Positions 10,427 through 25,200 of a DNA stretch of 64,000 nucleotides are shown here, piece after piece. The DNA lies in NCBI GenBank assembly GCA_000165425.1, contig CT868008.1:310001-374000 (forward strand), given 5' to 3'. The notes beneath the pieces were generated by a model that did no database searches, was not told where the DNA came from, and saw only the letters and a program-made list of their open reading frames with translations. Position numbers and translations under genes: made by a program. The stretch's first letter is position 1. Each line of letters starts with the position of its first letter. The DNA comes from Paramecium tetraurelia. Its lineage: Eukaryota.

Positions 10427-12102
10427 TCAAAATTAGGAAGCTGATAAATGACTACTTAATTTAAGTGGTTATGATGTTTCATTTGAAATCTTAATGGTTT
10501 TTACGGCCGATAGAGGGTCCTTATGATAAAAAGTACCTGAAAACTATCCACTGCTTCTTTTTGCTGAAAGTGGCATCTCATTCATCAATAAATATCGTTT
10601 TGTATCGTTAATTTTAGAATTCTACAATTACTCATCATTAATCTCATTCTAACTATTATATTTGGATTCAGATTCTGCCAAATTCAATTAATAAATAGCG
10701 TTTTTAGTCATTTATTAACCAGTTGATTAAATAGCTTAAGTGCTGAAATCACTATTAGAGTCTAAAAATTAATGCTACAGAGCCTAAGTGGCACTGATCC
10801 TGATTTTTGGATTCTTGTTAAGCATCCTCCTCAAAATATCCTAGAATACTTAGAAATAGTTACTATTGATTATTCTGTAATGTAAACGCCATCAATGGGT
10901 AGATCCAAATCGATCTAACACATTTTATTGGACTTCAATACTTCATCGAAATTCTATCCAATGAATAAACTGTGTCCAGTAAGTAATTTATAAAATATGC
11001 ATCCTGCAGAAAATATATCAACCTTGCAATTATATCTCAAATCTGATCTAGTTGTCAATACCTCAGGAGCCACATAACCAGGTGTCCCGCATTTGGGAAA
11101 CAAATACCTTATATTTGATCACAATTCTTACTTGTCTAGAAGCTCTGAAGTGGCCAATCCAAAATCGACAAGAACTAACGATGTGTAATCATTCTTTTTA
11201 GAAAACATCAAATTATCTGGTTTTAAGTCTCTATGAATAATCTATAACTATATTTTTATTAATACACGATGAGAATGCAAAATTTTTAAATTCGTCAAAA
11301 GTTTCCTCATTATTATCTTTATACTGTTTATTGGTAGTCTTTTGTTGGGCAGAGTCTTGATATGGATATTTAATCGTACCTTGGCTTTTTCTAATTCTCC
11401 ACTCAGACTCAATCCTTCCAAATATGATGTAACCACATACAAAGTGTTGTCACCCTCATAAATCTCCTTCAACACCAGAAAATTATTTTCGTATTATTAT
11501 AATGCTCTGAGAATTTGAACTTCCGATTGAAAACCTTACTAAAAATCTTAAATATATTTACTAATCCGTTTCCATTCTCAGATATCTTGAGAAAGGCCTT
11601 CTCTATGGCCTTTACAGCATATACTCTTTAATCTAAAGCACTCTTTGCACTATACACCTACATATCAACAAAAATGCTGTACTTTTGCTGAGCTTCCTTT
11701 CCCTATCTGATATAGGGGTTAGTATAAATCGCCAATGCCCTCAAAGGTTACTTTTCCTGCTAATAGTTCTTTGAATCTAAAATACTGAAACAAAACTGTA
11801 CTTAAATAAATCATTTGGCTAGCTGTGAACAACTTTCCTTTTGTTTTAATGCTCAAACTCAAAGCAATCGAGTTCCGCCTTATTCTTTCGTAACTCCCAA
11901 TTTATTTTTGTTTCAAGATTCAGCTTTAGTTTGTATTTCGGGTTTTGGCAATCCGAAGTCTAAAACAATTATATAATGTTTTTACTGTTCCCATAGTGAC
12001 CATATCATCAAACACAGTTATGTGATAAATGACATCCTTAAAGAAGTGTTTGCGAACACCTTGAAATTTGAATTTCGCTTCTTAGTAGTCTATTGAATCC
12101 AT
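10427..12102 (-). CDS. Ser/Thr protein kinase (CAMK-like) with an N-terminal PH-like region
   Basis: QIGKGSSAKVY, YAVKAIEK, HRDLKPDNLMF, VDFGLA, CGTPGYVAPE and DIFSAGCIFY; multiple short introns. Confidence 0.92.
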
Positions 12103-12826
12103 ATTATAAGGGGCTTAGTATTTTTATAAATATTTATCTAATTTGAGATTCAATATATAATTAATATCCTATCACCTCATTCATTAATTTACAGTAAAAT
12201 AATCTCCTAACTTTGAATGATTCTTAGAATTAGGAATCAGAATTCTACTTTATACCAATCATAAAATATATATGAATTTAATCAAAAGTGAAAATTTAAA
12301 ACATGAATATCGAGGATTCTACCATCCAAGTATAATTAATCTTCCCAATTTAAGTTAGTATAACAATCTATTCAATAAATATCTTAAATAATTTAATAAT
12401 TTTTTATATGACATTTCTTATAAATATTTACATTAATTAATTTTATATCCCATTTATAAATCTATAGATATTTCTATCTCTTAATAGAACTCAATAATTA
12501 ATTCTAGTTTACGTAAAATCGATATTATTCTCAATAACAACACTCCCCACCTATAAATTTCATAAAATTGTTAGGACATCAAATAAGATCTAATTTTTAA
12601 CATTATTGAAATTTATTCTATACTTGATTTAAGATGCTCCTACAAAATATTAAGAGTAAAGATATATGGATATTACATAATAACTAAAATCAAATATAAT
12701 TCTTACTCTTATTTAATCGAATAAAAAAAATTATTGATTCAAATCCTTATATAAATAATTTAAGACAACAACGATCAATGATTATTATTTAAAAAAGTTA
12801 GTTATATATATATCTAGCTTAAAGGT

Positions 12827-13645
12827 TCATAGATACTGCAAAACATAAATTAAATAGAGAATTAAACTCAGGGAGGAACTCGAATTATCTTCATAATTTT
12901 TTGGGCATGAGACACAAGATTCATTTTTCCAATAATATCTACCATCAGTCATTTTTGAGCAAGTGATATTAGTAAAATCTTTTGTTTCAGTTCTTTCAAT
13001 ACATTTTGGAGTTTAATCTTCTTTCCATTAGCAAAGTGTCAATGAACCCCAAGTACCGTCTTGTACATACGTACATTGGTCTTATGAAGTAATGTCAGAA
13101 CATAGGAAGGCTGAGCATTGACTATTTGAGTTTTTGCATTCTAATTTATCACAGACATCTAACGGTAATCCTTCACAAGAGTTTATGTTATAGCTTTGAC
13201 ATTATTTAGTTGAATTTAGCCAGCAAAATGTTTCTCTATCTTCATAATTATTAGTACAATTTTCTGCTGCTAATGAATTGCAATCAACGGAATTATAAGA
13301 TTTACATTAATAAAATCCAGCAGCATTCTTTTGATTTTCAGCTCCACAATTTCCTTTCTTAATCATACAATCAATTTGGTCTTTGACTTGATAATTGGTA
13401 CAAAATGAAGAGGATTCACAATTGCCTTCTTGATTAAGACTGCATTTTCCTATTAAATCACATTCGTTTTCATCCATGTCAAAACAATCCTTGTTAACAC
13501 AGAGTTCATTAATCCAATTGCAAGTGTCAATTCCTAAACAAATCGATTCTTCTACAAATAATGAGCAATCGCATTAATATTTAGCAATGAGAGCTCCTAA
13601 GATATTAAATATGAAAATTTATATGAATGAGATTAAATATTTCAT
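12827..13645 (-). CDS. Small cysteine-rich surface protein (mini-antigen-like), probably GPI-anchored
   Basis: N-terminal signal MKYLISFIQIFIFNILGALIA, periodic Cys with CxW motifs (CNWINELC, FCWLNS, LCQWKE), and a C-terminal SSSS plus hydrophobic tail LSLILYLIYVLQYL*. Confidence 0.8.
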
Positions 13646-13920
13646 ATTTTATTAATAAAATTAAGTTTCTGATGTAGAATTCAAAATTTATAGTATGTTT
13701 TCCTTTGTTAGTCATGAATAATCATATATTTCCCACAAAAGAATTTAATATGTAAAATGAGTAGATATAATTAATAAATCGATTTTTGTGGATATTTTAA
13801 TCTTAGAATGTTGTTGAAATTGGTTGATTCAATTTGAAGGAAGAGTGTTTTAATATAAAATCTATATGAAGTTATTTAGAATAGAGTAGTTTAAAGTTCA
13901 AAACATAATTAAATTAATTA

Positions 13921-15598
13921 ATGACATCTAGTTCTATTTAACAATAAAAGGAGTTGAAGGTGTTCAACAATTAGTTTGTTGTGTTGAAAAAGTTAAGTTC
14001 TGGATCATTTGGTGTTGTTTTTCAAGGGGAAGACAAGAAAACGAGTGAGTAAATAGCTTTAAAGATTGAGAAGGAGGAGAGTGATGAAGCTAAGTCTCTG
14101 GATAGAGAAGTACATAAATTTTAGAATCTATAGCTTAGTCATAAATATTATAGAGGTTGCAGGGTATAAAAGGCATTCCAAAATTGTATTGGTTTGGTTC
14201 AGAAGGACCTTACAACATTATGGTAATTCAATTGCTGGGAAGAGATTTGGCTTATTATGCAAAGCATCTTAAAAGATTTTAACTGAAAACATTGATCATG
14301 TTGGCTGAGTAGATGATAACCATTTTGGAGCAATGCCATACAAAGTAATATGATAAAAAATATAATTGTAGATCAATAATTCATAGAGACATGAAACCAG
14401 AGAATGTGCTTGTGGGACGTGATCCTAATGAAATATATCTGGTGGACTTTGGGATTTCTAAGATCTACAAGGATGCTAATGGAAATCATGTGTAAATTAC
14501 ATTAAATACATTAATATAGACCTTTCAGAGATGGAAAACCCTTCATAGGAACGACGAGGTATGCCTCGATTGGTGCTCATAAGGGTTTCGAATTGGGAAG
14601 GGGAGATGATTTAGAATCTTTGGGATATATGCTGGTATTTTTATATAAAGGTTCGTTACCTTGGTAAAATTTATAAAATGTAAGTGATAAAGAGAAAACT
14701 AAAGTAGTTGGAAAAATGAAAATGTAAATATTGATTGAAGAGCTATGTAAAGACATGCCCAATGAATTTTCAAAGTACTTTGAATATGTAAAAAAACTGC
14801 AATTTAAATAAACACCTGATTATGAGTATTTAAAATAATTGATGCGCAAGTGTGCAAGTGATAACAAAATTGAATTAGATTATAAATATGAATGGGCATT
14901 ATTAGAAAGAAGAACTTCTGATGTAAATTATTGATATAATTATTGTAAAGTTGTAATCTCAGCAAAATTCTTAGAGGAATATTAAAAAAGATTCAACCCA
15001 TCAGGATCCTAATAAAAAACAAACGAAGAATAATATCAACTCGTAAAGTAAATTAAAACCAGAAATAGACAGTGAAAAAATATCAAAATCAAAAAGTCCT
15101 GCTAAGAATACTAAAAGGTAATCTCTGGTACCAGAAATGCAATCATAAAATTAATCATAATCTAGTCAATTTGATTTTCTTCGTCCTCCTGATCCTTATG
15201 CTAAGGCTAGAGCCATTATATAAAGAAGTTAAGATAGACATAAATCTGTATCATCATTAGCACCATCATAATATAGCTAAGTGAATACAGTCCAATCAAG
15301 CATTGCAGGAAACTATCAAGCTAGTCACATAGATATGTTTGCAAATGATAGTCAATAATAATAATAATAAGAGACAACAGAGAAGAAATAGGATATGATT
15401 CAAGCATAGAATTTTGGTTTTCAACCTTTGGAGAATAACGATACAATTGCTATGCTGATAGGTGAGGATGAAGAAGGTCCTTGTTTCCAATATTAGGAAC
15501 TATTAGAGAGATAAGTTCAAGCGTAAATATAACATATTATCATAAGGCAATTTAAGGAATACGTGAAAAGTGGGAATAAAAGTAAGCGAAACAGATGA
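13921..15598 (+). CDS. Casein kinase I family kinase
   Basis: [41 protein letters not shown] and [42 protein letters not shown]. Confidence 0.95.
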
Positions 15599-15635
15599 TT
15601 TTAATAATATATATTTAATATATCTATTATATCGT

Positions 15636-16755
15636 TCAATTTTTTTTTAATTCTGCAAAATATTGATGTAACATGGCATCTTTTGGAGTGATTCTTTCGG
15701 CATGATCATAAAGTAACATTTTGGACAACAAATCAATGGCATCCAAACTACACAAATTAGAATTGTCTTGATTAACAAAGGACAGCCAATCTTATTTTGG
15801 ATAACAAATAAATAGTATGAATATTATACTTAAGTAAGAGTCCATTGTATGCATTATCCAATTTGATATTGTATTTTTTTATATATTATTTTAAACCATC
15901 TGTTCCTAAGACCTTAGCAATCTTTACTAATTGATCATAATTATCATTCCCTTGGAAGAACGGTTCCTTTTTAAAAATCTAAAATTCACTATATCAATGT
16001 ACCATGGAAGCAAACATTGCACCAGTACTCCATATATCCAACGAATAATCATAATAAATATAGTCCACCAACAATTCTGGTCCTTTAAAATATCGTGATG
16101 CCACTCTAACATTATAATCTTGTGAGGGATGATAGAATTCTGCCAATCCCCAATCTATAAGTTTCAAGGTTCTAGTTTTTGGATCGACAATAATATTTTA
16201 TGGTTTCACATCTCTATGAAATATACCTCTTTAATGAGCATAATCTAAAGCCTATTTTAAGTTTTAGTTTACTTTTAACAATTCAAATAAATAATGCTTG
16301 ATATCATTATCTGTTAATTTAGGGAACATGCTTCTAAAATCTGTATTCTCCATATAAGGGAAGATCTAGGTTAACTTGATTCTTTTACTAAAGTTGGGAT
16401 TTTTAAATTTTCATCTCTAACCACATCGTAAAGATCAATAATATTAGTGCCGCCTTTTAACACTTAAAGAATGCGGATTTCTCTGCGTATTTTTCTCTTT
16501 TTGACAGGCTTGAGAACTTTAAGAACTACTTTGGTTCCATTCTTATTATCAACACCTTCAAAGACTTCAGAATATTTGCCTCTTCCAATTTTACAAATTG
16601 CTTCGTAAGGTTCTTCGGATCTGATAAATAAGAATGTAATTGTACCCATATTCAATTTTAGCATTCTCATAATCCCAATAAGATGGTGGTTGAGTCTGAT
16701 TGAAGGTGGCATAATATTTAGGTTAAACAACAACAACCCCTTATTACTATTTCAT
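15636..16755 (-). CDS. CKA1: Casein kinase II catalytic (alpha) subunit
   Basis: [69 protein letters not shown] and [20 protein letters not shown]. Confidence 0.97.
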
Positions 16756-16797
16756 TTATTAAATATAAAAATCTAATATAAAATTTACAAATCAAAA

Positions 16798-18879
16798 TCA
16801 CTTAGAAACCAACTCTTACATTTTACTCCTCAGTTCTTCAACTTGTCTGTATGTGCATCTATTTTGTTTCTAATCAACCATCTAATCAATTTTTAGCATC
16901 TTTGAGAATTTCTTATAATCATTCATATTTTAGAGAGTACAATGACAGATAAGCAAATAATTGCACAATTGCTGACCCACAAAATAACTAAAATTATACT
17001 AGGAATAATAAATTAAAAGTACTTCTTCAGGCAAGAAAGCATCTAAATCAGAACTAGAGGTTGGCAATTCACTTTTCATTTCTTGCAAGGCTTGCCTTAA
17101 GTAGGATTGAGTGATGAAATAGAAACTTTCAAATTCACTTAAGTCTTTATCAAACAGGGCCTCAAATTTCTTATCTTGAGGGAGATCTGTGTATAATTAC
17201 ATAAGATGTTACTTTTATTAACTATCATTTAGTAAGTCTTCTCAAAGTATCTCTTATAGTTTTCGTTATATTCTGCAATAGCTTAACTAAACTTCTGGAA
17301 TGATTCAGCCTTTCTGTACACATCGAAATCTTCTAGTTAGAAAGTGTTATCTTTAGAATTCTCTTTATCGATGATTGTGTGAAGTTTAGAAATCTTCATG
17401 GCAATGTTCTTAGCCATCAAGAATAACAACTTCTCTTTTAAGCCATTGGATAGAGTCAATGACCTTGAATTAATGATTTGCTATGAGAATTTGTACAGAA
17501 ATCTACAATAGTTAATTTAGGCAAATAGGATGTCATTATTTGACTTGAACTTTATGGGTGACTAAACCGGAGTAGTATTTTAGGATGGCTGAGTTTATAC
17601 ATTAATAGATCGTCTATGATGATGAATTGAATAAATACTCTTAAAGTACAGTATTATTTTTTTTAAAACTCCTTTTTTCTAACTAATTTTCTTGAGTAAT
17701 GGTTTTTCTTGATTCTGTGATTTGCTTTTGACTTTTGGATCTCATGGGATCAGAAATAGGAGGTTCAATAACAGTGGTAGGTGGATGAGGGAGATGATAC
17801 ATTTCGGAAGGACATCTCTTACTTACTTTGCTATCATTATGAATTTGAGTCTTGGATATTGAACATAATTACTTGGCACTTGGGTCTAGATTAGAAGTCT
17901 CTAATTCCCTGACTTTGAGATCTGTCCTTGTTGATAATAGGAGTTCTGGTTGCAGGTGTGGGAACGTTGGATGATTGTTGGGTTTATAAGGGTATGGGTT
18001 TATAAATTGGTTGGGAGTATTGTGAATAGATTGCGTGAGTGGCCATATCCTTGACTCTCATTCTCTGATTCTCATCGATGCAAAGACATCTACGGATGAA
18101 ATCTTTGGAAGCATCTGATATTGAGGGATGTGAAGGAATGACTAGATGGTGATGCAAAATAGCTGTTAGCAATCCCTATTCAGTCTGGGCTGTAAATGGC
18201 GTTTGTCCGAATAGCATTTCAAAGAACATTACACCCATGGCCCATACATCTCCTTTTTCGGTGTGGCCCTATTGTCTCAAGGCTTGTGGGGACATGTAGA
18301 GGGGAGTTCCTACATTGTAATGTCTGCCTTGTTGTTTGACTTCCATGCTGTTTATTTTGGACAGCAAAACCAAAATCTGCTATTTTTGGAGTCTGCTTCT
18401 CTATGAGAATGTTTGCTGGCTTAATGTCTCTATGGATGTAACCTTTTTGATTAATCTCCAGTAGTCCTGTGATTATTTCATTCATGATTCGCAATGCTTC
18501 AGTCTCGTCTATTCTTCCTCTCTTTTTTATCACACCACTCAGATCTCCAGAATCGCAATACTCTGTTATGATGTATGTATTATTCTGTGTTTAGAAAACA
18601 TCATACAATTTTAGTATGTTCTTTGAGTTAAATGATTTCAAAGCATTTATTTCATTCTTTAGTAAAGTGGCATGAATACTCTGTTTAACCATCTTCATGT
18701 CAATTACCTTGTCTTACAAATTTATATCATACTTTAACAGCCACAGTCATTTAATTGTTTTCATCTCTTCCTCTATAAACTTTGCTACTAAACCCTCTTC
18801 CTATTTCTTCATTCAGAGCGTAACTGTAATGATCGATTGCTTTACGAGTTTCAGGATAATAACAGCGATTAATTAACAT
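16798..18879 (-). CDS. Ser/Thr protein kinase (ULK-like ciliate family); apparent 1-nt frameshift at ~18360
   Basis: EIGRGFSSKVYRG, VAVKVID, HRDIKPANIL and ADFGFAV; then in a shifted frame YNVGTPLYMSPQAL...DVWAMGVMFFEMLFGQTPF, followed by a long C-terminal region ending at TGA 16798. Confidence 0.85.
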
Positions 18880-19274
18880 TCAAATAATAAATTAACGACA
18901 ACATTCATTTAATTATATTGCATAATATCTAAATTATAATCATCATTCATTTTATCTCTGTCCATTTTAATCTATAAACTGAGACTTCATTAAGATACAA
19001 TGATTATATGATATATTAAACTTATTAATATAATAAGTCGTTTAAAGTATTTTTATCACTATTAATAGTAAGTTTAATTTCTAGATTATATTTTTTCTTT
19101 CTATTTAATTGCTTTAAATGAATTATCAATTGTCCACTTTTTTAAATCGAGTTTCCCTTCTACAAATTCGGCTAATATCAGAATTTATTAGATATATTTA
19201 ATTTACATTCATTTAAATCATATAATAGCGTCGATGAATATCTTTTTATTGATTAGAATAAATATCTTTTAAAT

Positions 19275-22200
19275 ATGTCAACTCAAGATTTATAATTGTT
19301 AGAAAATTAACTCTTATTGTCTAAGGATGAGGCAATAGGTAAACTTATCAAGGGCACAGACCAATATTATTATTATTATTTTTTAAAGATTTTCAATCAG
19401 CATGGATATCAATTAACTACAGAATAAAAGCAGCAATTGGAAGCATTTAAAGACATGCAAACTGCTAATGCCAATAAAACTAATTTGAGAGCATTGTTTT
19501 TAGAATATGATCGATTAAGCAGTGAAACTCCATCAGAAGAAATTGACTAATAACTAAAGGCTATAGTTGACAAAATGAATAGATAATACTTTAAATTTTC
19601 CTTTGCTCAAGAGGCCCCCGCAATAGCAAGAGTATGAAGCTTAGTTTTATTTTAGGGTTAATCCCAATCTGGAGGACTTATAGAATAAATGACTTACAAG
19701 TCGAAATTCAATGACAGCGTCTTTGAAGTAAGCAAATTCTTAGACAATGCATACACAGAGGCTGGATTTGCAAAAATTAAGCAACAACTTTATGGATAAT
19801 TGGATGTAAACAAAATAGCAGCCAGCTCTATTAAAGTAATCAAAACTTATTTGAACAACGTTGGCAACGAAATTGTAGAGTAATCACTATTTTCATATAC
19901 ATAGCTTCCCAGGCATCCCTGAGTTCTATGATAAGTTATCTAATTTGAAGGACTTCAAGAACGATTTTCAATAGGCTCATTTTAGAAAGTTGAGTTTGTC
20001 TTAACTGGAAGGATTGCTTCAATTGAACAAGAAGTTTCTGGAAAACCAATAGTTTGTCGGAGAATACTATCTCAAAAAATTCCAATACAATTTGAAAGAC
20101 ATTCAATATTCTAAATTGACTGAGGAAGAAAAGAAAAAAGTCTTATAAAACATCAAGGATGTCTACAATTGGACAAGTACTTTGCCTCCAAAATTCAAGT
20201 CATTCAATGATTAGATACTCTACGAATTATTACAAATTGGTATTGAGGTGAACGAATATGACTTCGATTTATTCTTGGTTTTCTTAAAAGATCCAAAGGA
20301 TGATTATGATGCTGCAAATGAAAAATAAAAAACATTCATAAAAAACAATAAGAGAAATTATCAATAATAATGGCACGAATACCATTAGTTGAACACAAAT
20401 AGATGGATTGCCACAGATCAAATAATTGAGAAATACTTATAAAAATATTTTGAGAAGAATGACGATTTAGGTATTTTAGAATAATATCTCGACACAAAAT
20501 ATCTGAAGAAGGTTTAAGCGACTGTCAAATTACATCAAGGTTTAGAATTATAAAACATTTATGATTATCTCACAAGTGCATAAATTGAATAAATGAACTC
20601 AAGCAAATTGCTGACTATTTGTTCATTCAATAAGATGTATTTTAAACATGGAGATTCAGTTAAATTGTATGTTGAACTCAAGAATATTCCAAAATTAAAT
20701 ATTAAAATATTTGAATTCAACTCTGAAAACTATTACTTATAGAAGTAATAATAATTAGATTCTTCAATTAATTTGGATGGATTGATTGCATTTGAAGAAA
20801 CTGATTTCTCTTACAATTATCCCCCCATTTAAAAAGTAATAAAGGAATTCGAATTTCAAACTATTACTAACATCTAGAGAGGAATCTTTATAGTTGAGTT
20901 TATTGGTAATGGTATATCTTCTAGAGCTCTAATAAAGAAGGGTAGACTTCAATTAAGAGAAACCATCACAGCAGCCGGTCACAGATTCTAAATATGTGAT
21001 GAGAATTTCGAATTATGCACAGGTGAGAAAACAGGAGTTTGGATTGATAAGAAATTTTACAATGTGGATCAATCAAGAAAAGAAATCCTGATACCATTTG
21101 GTCAAAGGGATTAATAATTTAATGCAGTAATTGTCCATGATAATTTTGCTGAATTTACAACTGTTTTCATTTAATAGGAGAAGTATCAATTGAAATGTGC
21201 CTTTTTGATTGCTGATGAATCTTTGTTAATGGGATGTTAAGCCAAGGCAGTTATAATTCCAAAGTTGTTTGTGAATGGCACTGAAGTAGGTTTGGCCTTG
21301 CTTTAAGATCAAAAGATTTCTGTAACAAGCACAAATGATGCAGGTGTTCCAGCAACTTTACCATTTGATAATATTAAATTAGAAAATGACAAGCCATTTG
21401 AGGTGTAATTCCCTATCACTTCTAAATTAAAGGCTATTGAAATTAAAATCACAGGAAAGATCACAAGAATGCATAAGGATGAGAAAAAGTAAGAAGATTA
21501 ACTTGAATAATCACATTTCATCTATTTTGACAATCTTGAGGGACAACAAGTTATTTGCAATTAGTTATTGAAATATGATAAAATAAATGGATATTAAATC
21601 CTGATTGTAGGAAAGAATGGTGAACCAAAAAGAGGATTTTAAGTGAATGTCACATTCACTTTGAATTCCTTAAATCATACTTACAACGAGTAATTCACAA
21701 CAGATGAAAAAGGTAGAGTCTATTTGGGAGAGTTGAGGAATGTAAATTCAATAAGTTCAAATATCAAAAGTGTAGGAGACATCAATGTGTAATAGAAATC
21801 ATGGCCAATTAACTAAAAGAGTTAAATCTCTTATCCTACCAAAATCACAGTGTTACCAGGATAAGAAATCAATCTACCTTTTAGCAATAGTGGAGATATA
21901 AATAATCCATTTGTCTTGTATCAAGTCTTTGGATAAACAGAGAGAGCTGTCATCAAAAGTTTGACAGATTCAATCAAAAAGTAGGAATAATTCATAGCAT
22001 TTAAATTGGAAAGTAAAGGAATTTATGAGTTGCAATTTGTGAAAGATAGATTTACCATTTACATCAATGTGATTGATGGAGAATTGTGGAAGGGCACTTC
22101 TATTATAAAATCTTAGAATCAATTAATAATTGATAAGGGTTTGGATCAATTGATAGCAATATCGAAGGTTGATTAAAAGAAGGAGGAGAATGGAACTAAG

Positions 22201-25200
22201 ATCAGTGGTAACATTGTGTCAAAACAAAAAGTGTAGGTTTATGCTTATGCAACATCATTTTTGAATGAATAATTTGAATAATAAGTGAATCAGATATAGT
22301 AATTGATAAATAAAGATAGATCTGAACAATTATCTATAGATTTATACAGTAGTGTATTTTAATCAAACAAAGAATTGTCGGATGAATAAAAGTATGTTTT
22401 AAATAGAAAAACATAAGAGAGATATATTGGTAACACCCTTGAAAAGCCATAATTCCTATTGAAGAGATAATAAATTAGAGAAACTACAACTCAAGGTGAA
22501 TCATTGAATCAAGAGGGATCATATAAGGATAAATTCGAATAACAAAATCAACAACCACGAGCCTTAAACAAATAAGCAGGTTATGGATCAGCAGGCTAAA
22601 GACATTAATAAGTGACTACTTTCAATGACTTTTTGAAATATCCAGCCATATTGTATTCAAATGTTGGTCTAGATGAAAATAATAACTTCTAAATTGATGT
22701 ACCAGCTCATTATTCAACAGTGACATTGCTTGTATTCAATGAGTCATCCTATTAATTTTAAATATTGCCACTTGAAAATGAAGAAGTGCAAACTAGAAAC
22801 CTCGCTCATCTTTCCACATTGTAGAAGGATAAATTTTATTCAATTTATAGAAATTCGTCTAATGTCTAAAAGAATGTCCCCATTTAAGTCCAAGATTTAA
22901 CATCAACAGAAATCAAATTGGTGGATTCCTTAGATAAAATGTTTATTGTCTTAAAAGAATTGAAAAAAGCTAATGGAGATGATAGTGGATCTAAAGACTT
23001 TTAAAAGTGGGAATTCTTGATTAAGTGGTACCAATAAACTACTGAGCAAAAACACAAGCTCTATGACGAACATCAATGTGATGAGTTGAACCTCTTTATT
23101 TTCTTCAAGGATTCCGCATTCTTTGAAACCTACACAGAGAGTTACATCAAAAACAAAATTGAGAAAAGCTTTATTGATTATTTCCTATTAAAGGACGATG
23201 CTGCATTAAGATAATATGGGTCTATGTAAAAGATTACATAGTTGAATGCATTAGAACAAGCATTATTGGTGATCTACTTTGCAGAAATATCCAATCAATT
23301 GGAAGATGCCAAATAAATAGCCTCCTACTTAGAAAATCTTAATAAATAGAACATAATCGATTAGAGAATCTTTAAGAAGTACTTTGATACAGTCTTGGGT
23401 GCTAAAATAGAAGCTGAAGATGAAAACTTTGACATTAATTAAGGTGAAGTAATGTATGCATAACAACAAATGATATAACAAGTACAATAGCCAATTCAAA
23501 GGAATTTGATGTGCATGAATTAAGCACCTGCCCCAAGAATGATGATGATGCAATAGCAAGCAATGGCACCTTAAGCTGCAATGATGAATATGAATATTTA
23601 ATAGGATAGAATGAGGATGCCAATGGTTTAATAATCTATTGGTTCATTGAGAAATGCATCATATAATAATGCATGCTAAGATTTATATCTGGGTGATGAT
23701 ATGATGGAATGTGCTTACGAATCAAAATCAGCTAAGAACGATAGCTATTATAGAGATAAGCGTTCTTAATTCATTGAGAACTTCAAAAATATTGAAAAAA
23801 CTAAAGAATATTGTGAAAAACATTATAGTACTGGATGTTAGAAGGATAGCTTTAAGAATTTGGTTAGTTTAAATGGATTCTATGTTGACTTAGTAAATCA
23901 TTCAATCACTAAGGGCATATTAAAGGAAGATTTCCTATCTTCTAAGTTCATCTACTGTATCAATAACTAAACTGAAATGATTGCTGTTTTAGCACTCATT
24001 GGTTTACCTAATGAGGCCCCAGTTTAAGAGTATAAATAATTTGGAGGAAAGGGAGTTGAGATCACTACAAAATCTTCTGCTTTGTTCTTCATGAAGGAAA
24101 TCAAAGAAGGCAAGGCCTAATTAAGATAGGATATTTTAATTGCTTAAAGATTCTTTGATCCAATCGATAGATACATAATATCTGAAGACGATCCAGAATT
24201 ACAACTGGAAAAAGATGTATCAGAATGTCTGATTGATAAGATCTATGGTTGTTAAGTCATCATTACAAACTGTTCTTCAACTAGAGCTGATTATTAGGTT
24301 TTAGTGGAGTTACCTAACGGTGCAATTCCTGTTAACACAGTATTCTATACAAAATCATATACCATAAATTGCCAACCATATACAACCTAAAGAATTGAAT
24401 ACTTCTTCTATTTCCCCAAGGTAGGCACATTCTCTGTCTATCCAGCCAATGTGTCTAGATTTGGTTAGGTTGTTTGTGTTGCTTAAGAAGGCCAATTGAA
24501 AGTAGTTGAATCAAAGTCTATTCAAAATTTAGAGGCCATTGATGATATCTTAGCTAAAGGCAGCAAGGATGACATTTTAAATTTCTTGTCAACCAAGAAT
24601 ATATTCAATAGAAATATTTTCAGAGCTGAAGAAATCCGATATCTATTGAAGGACAAAGAGTTCTATTTGAAAGTAATAGCTATCTATCGAAAGAGAAGAT
24701 TTAACGATTTCGAAAGTTTGAAGTTCTCAATCTATCATGCAGATAAAGAAAGCATGAAAGAGTTGTTCCTTCATAACAATTGCTAAGACTTGTTCAAGAG
24801 AACCTTCAAGTACTTCAAATGTTCACTTTTTGAAGTTAGCAATATTAGAATGTTGGAGTATTATCCCCTTATCACCAAGAGAGTCCATAAACTTACATCT
24901 GAAGCTAAAGGAATTCTAAATGTTGAATTCAGAACTTAATATGTTGATTTCTTGACTTACTTGGTTGAAAAACCCACTCATACTTTGAGTGATAAATTAG
25001 GATTCATCTATTATCTATTGTTGCAAGAGAGAATCAATGAAGCAATTCAAGTTTACAAGACTGTCGCAGATGTTGAAGCTCAAGGGGAAGCTGTCTTATA
25101 ATATGATTACTTCTCGGCCTATCTTGATTTCTACATTGGATATCCCAACTTTGCTAAGGCCAGAGAAATCTGTGAGAAGTATCTCAACTATCCAGTCATA

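Noticed and set aside
15350..15372. (TAA)n and similar trinucleotide runs as tandem repeats or stop clusters
   Set aside because: They lie inside coding frames and encode poly-Gln or poly-Asn under table 6.
10427..18879. Four kinases within ~8.5 kb as a functional cluster
   Set aside because: They belong to unrelated families on mixed strands, and kinases are very abundant in Paramecium, so chance adjacency is sufficient.
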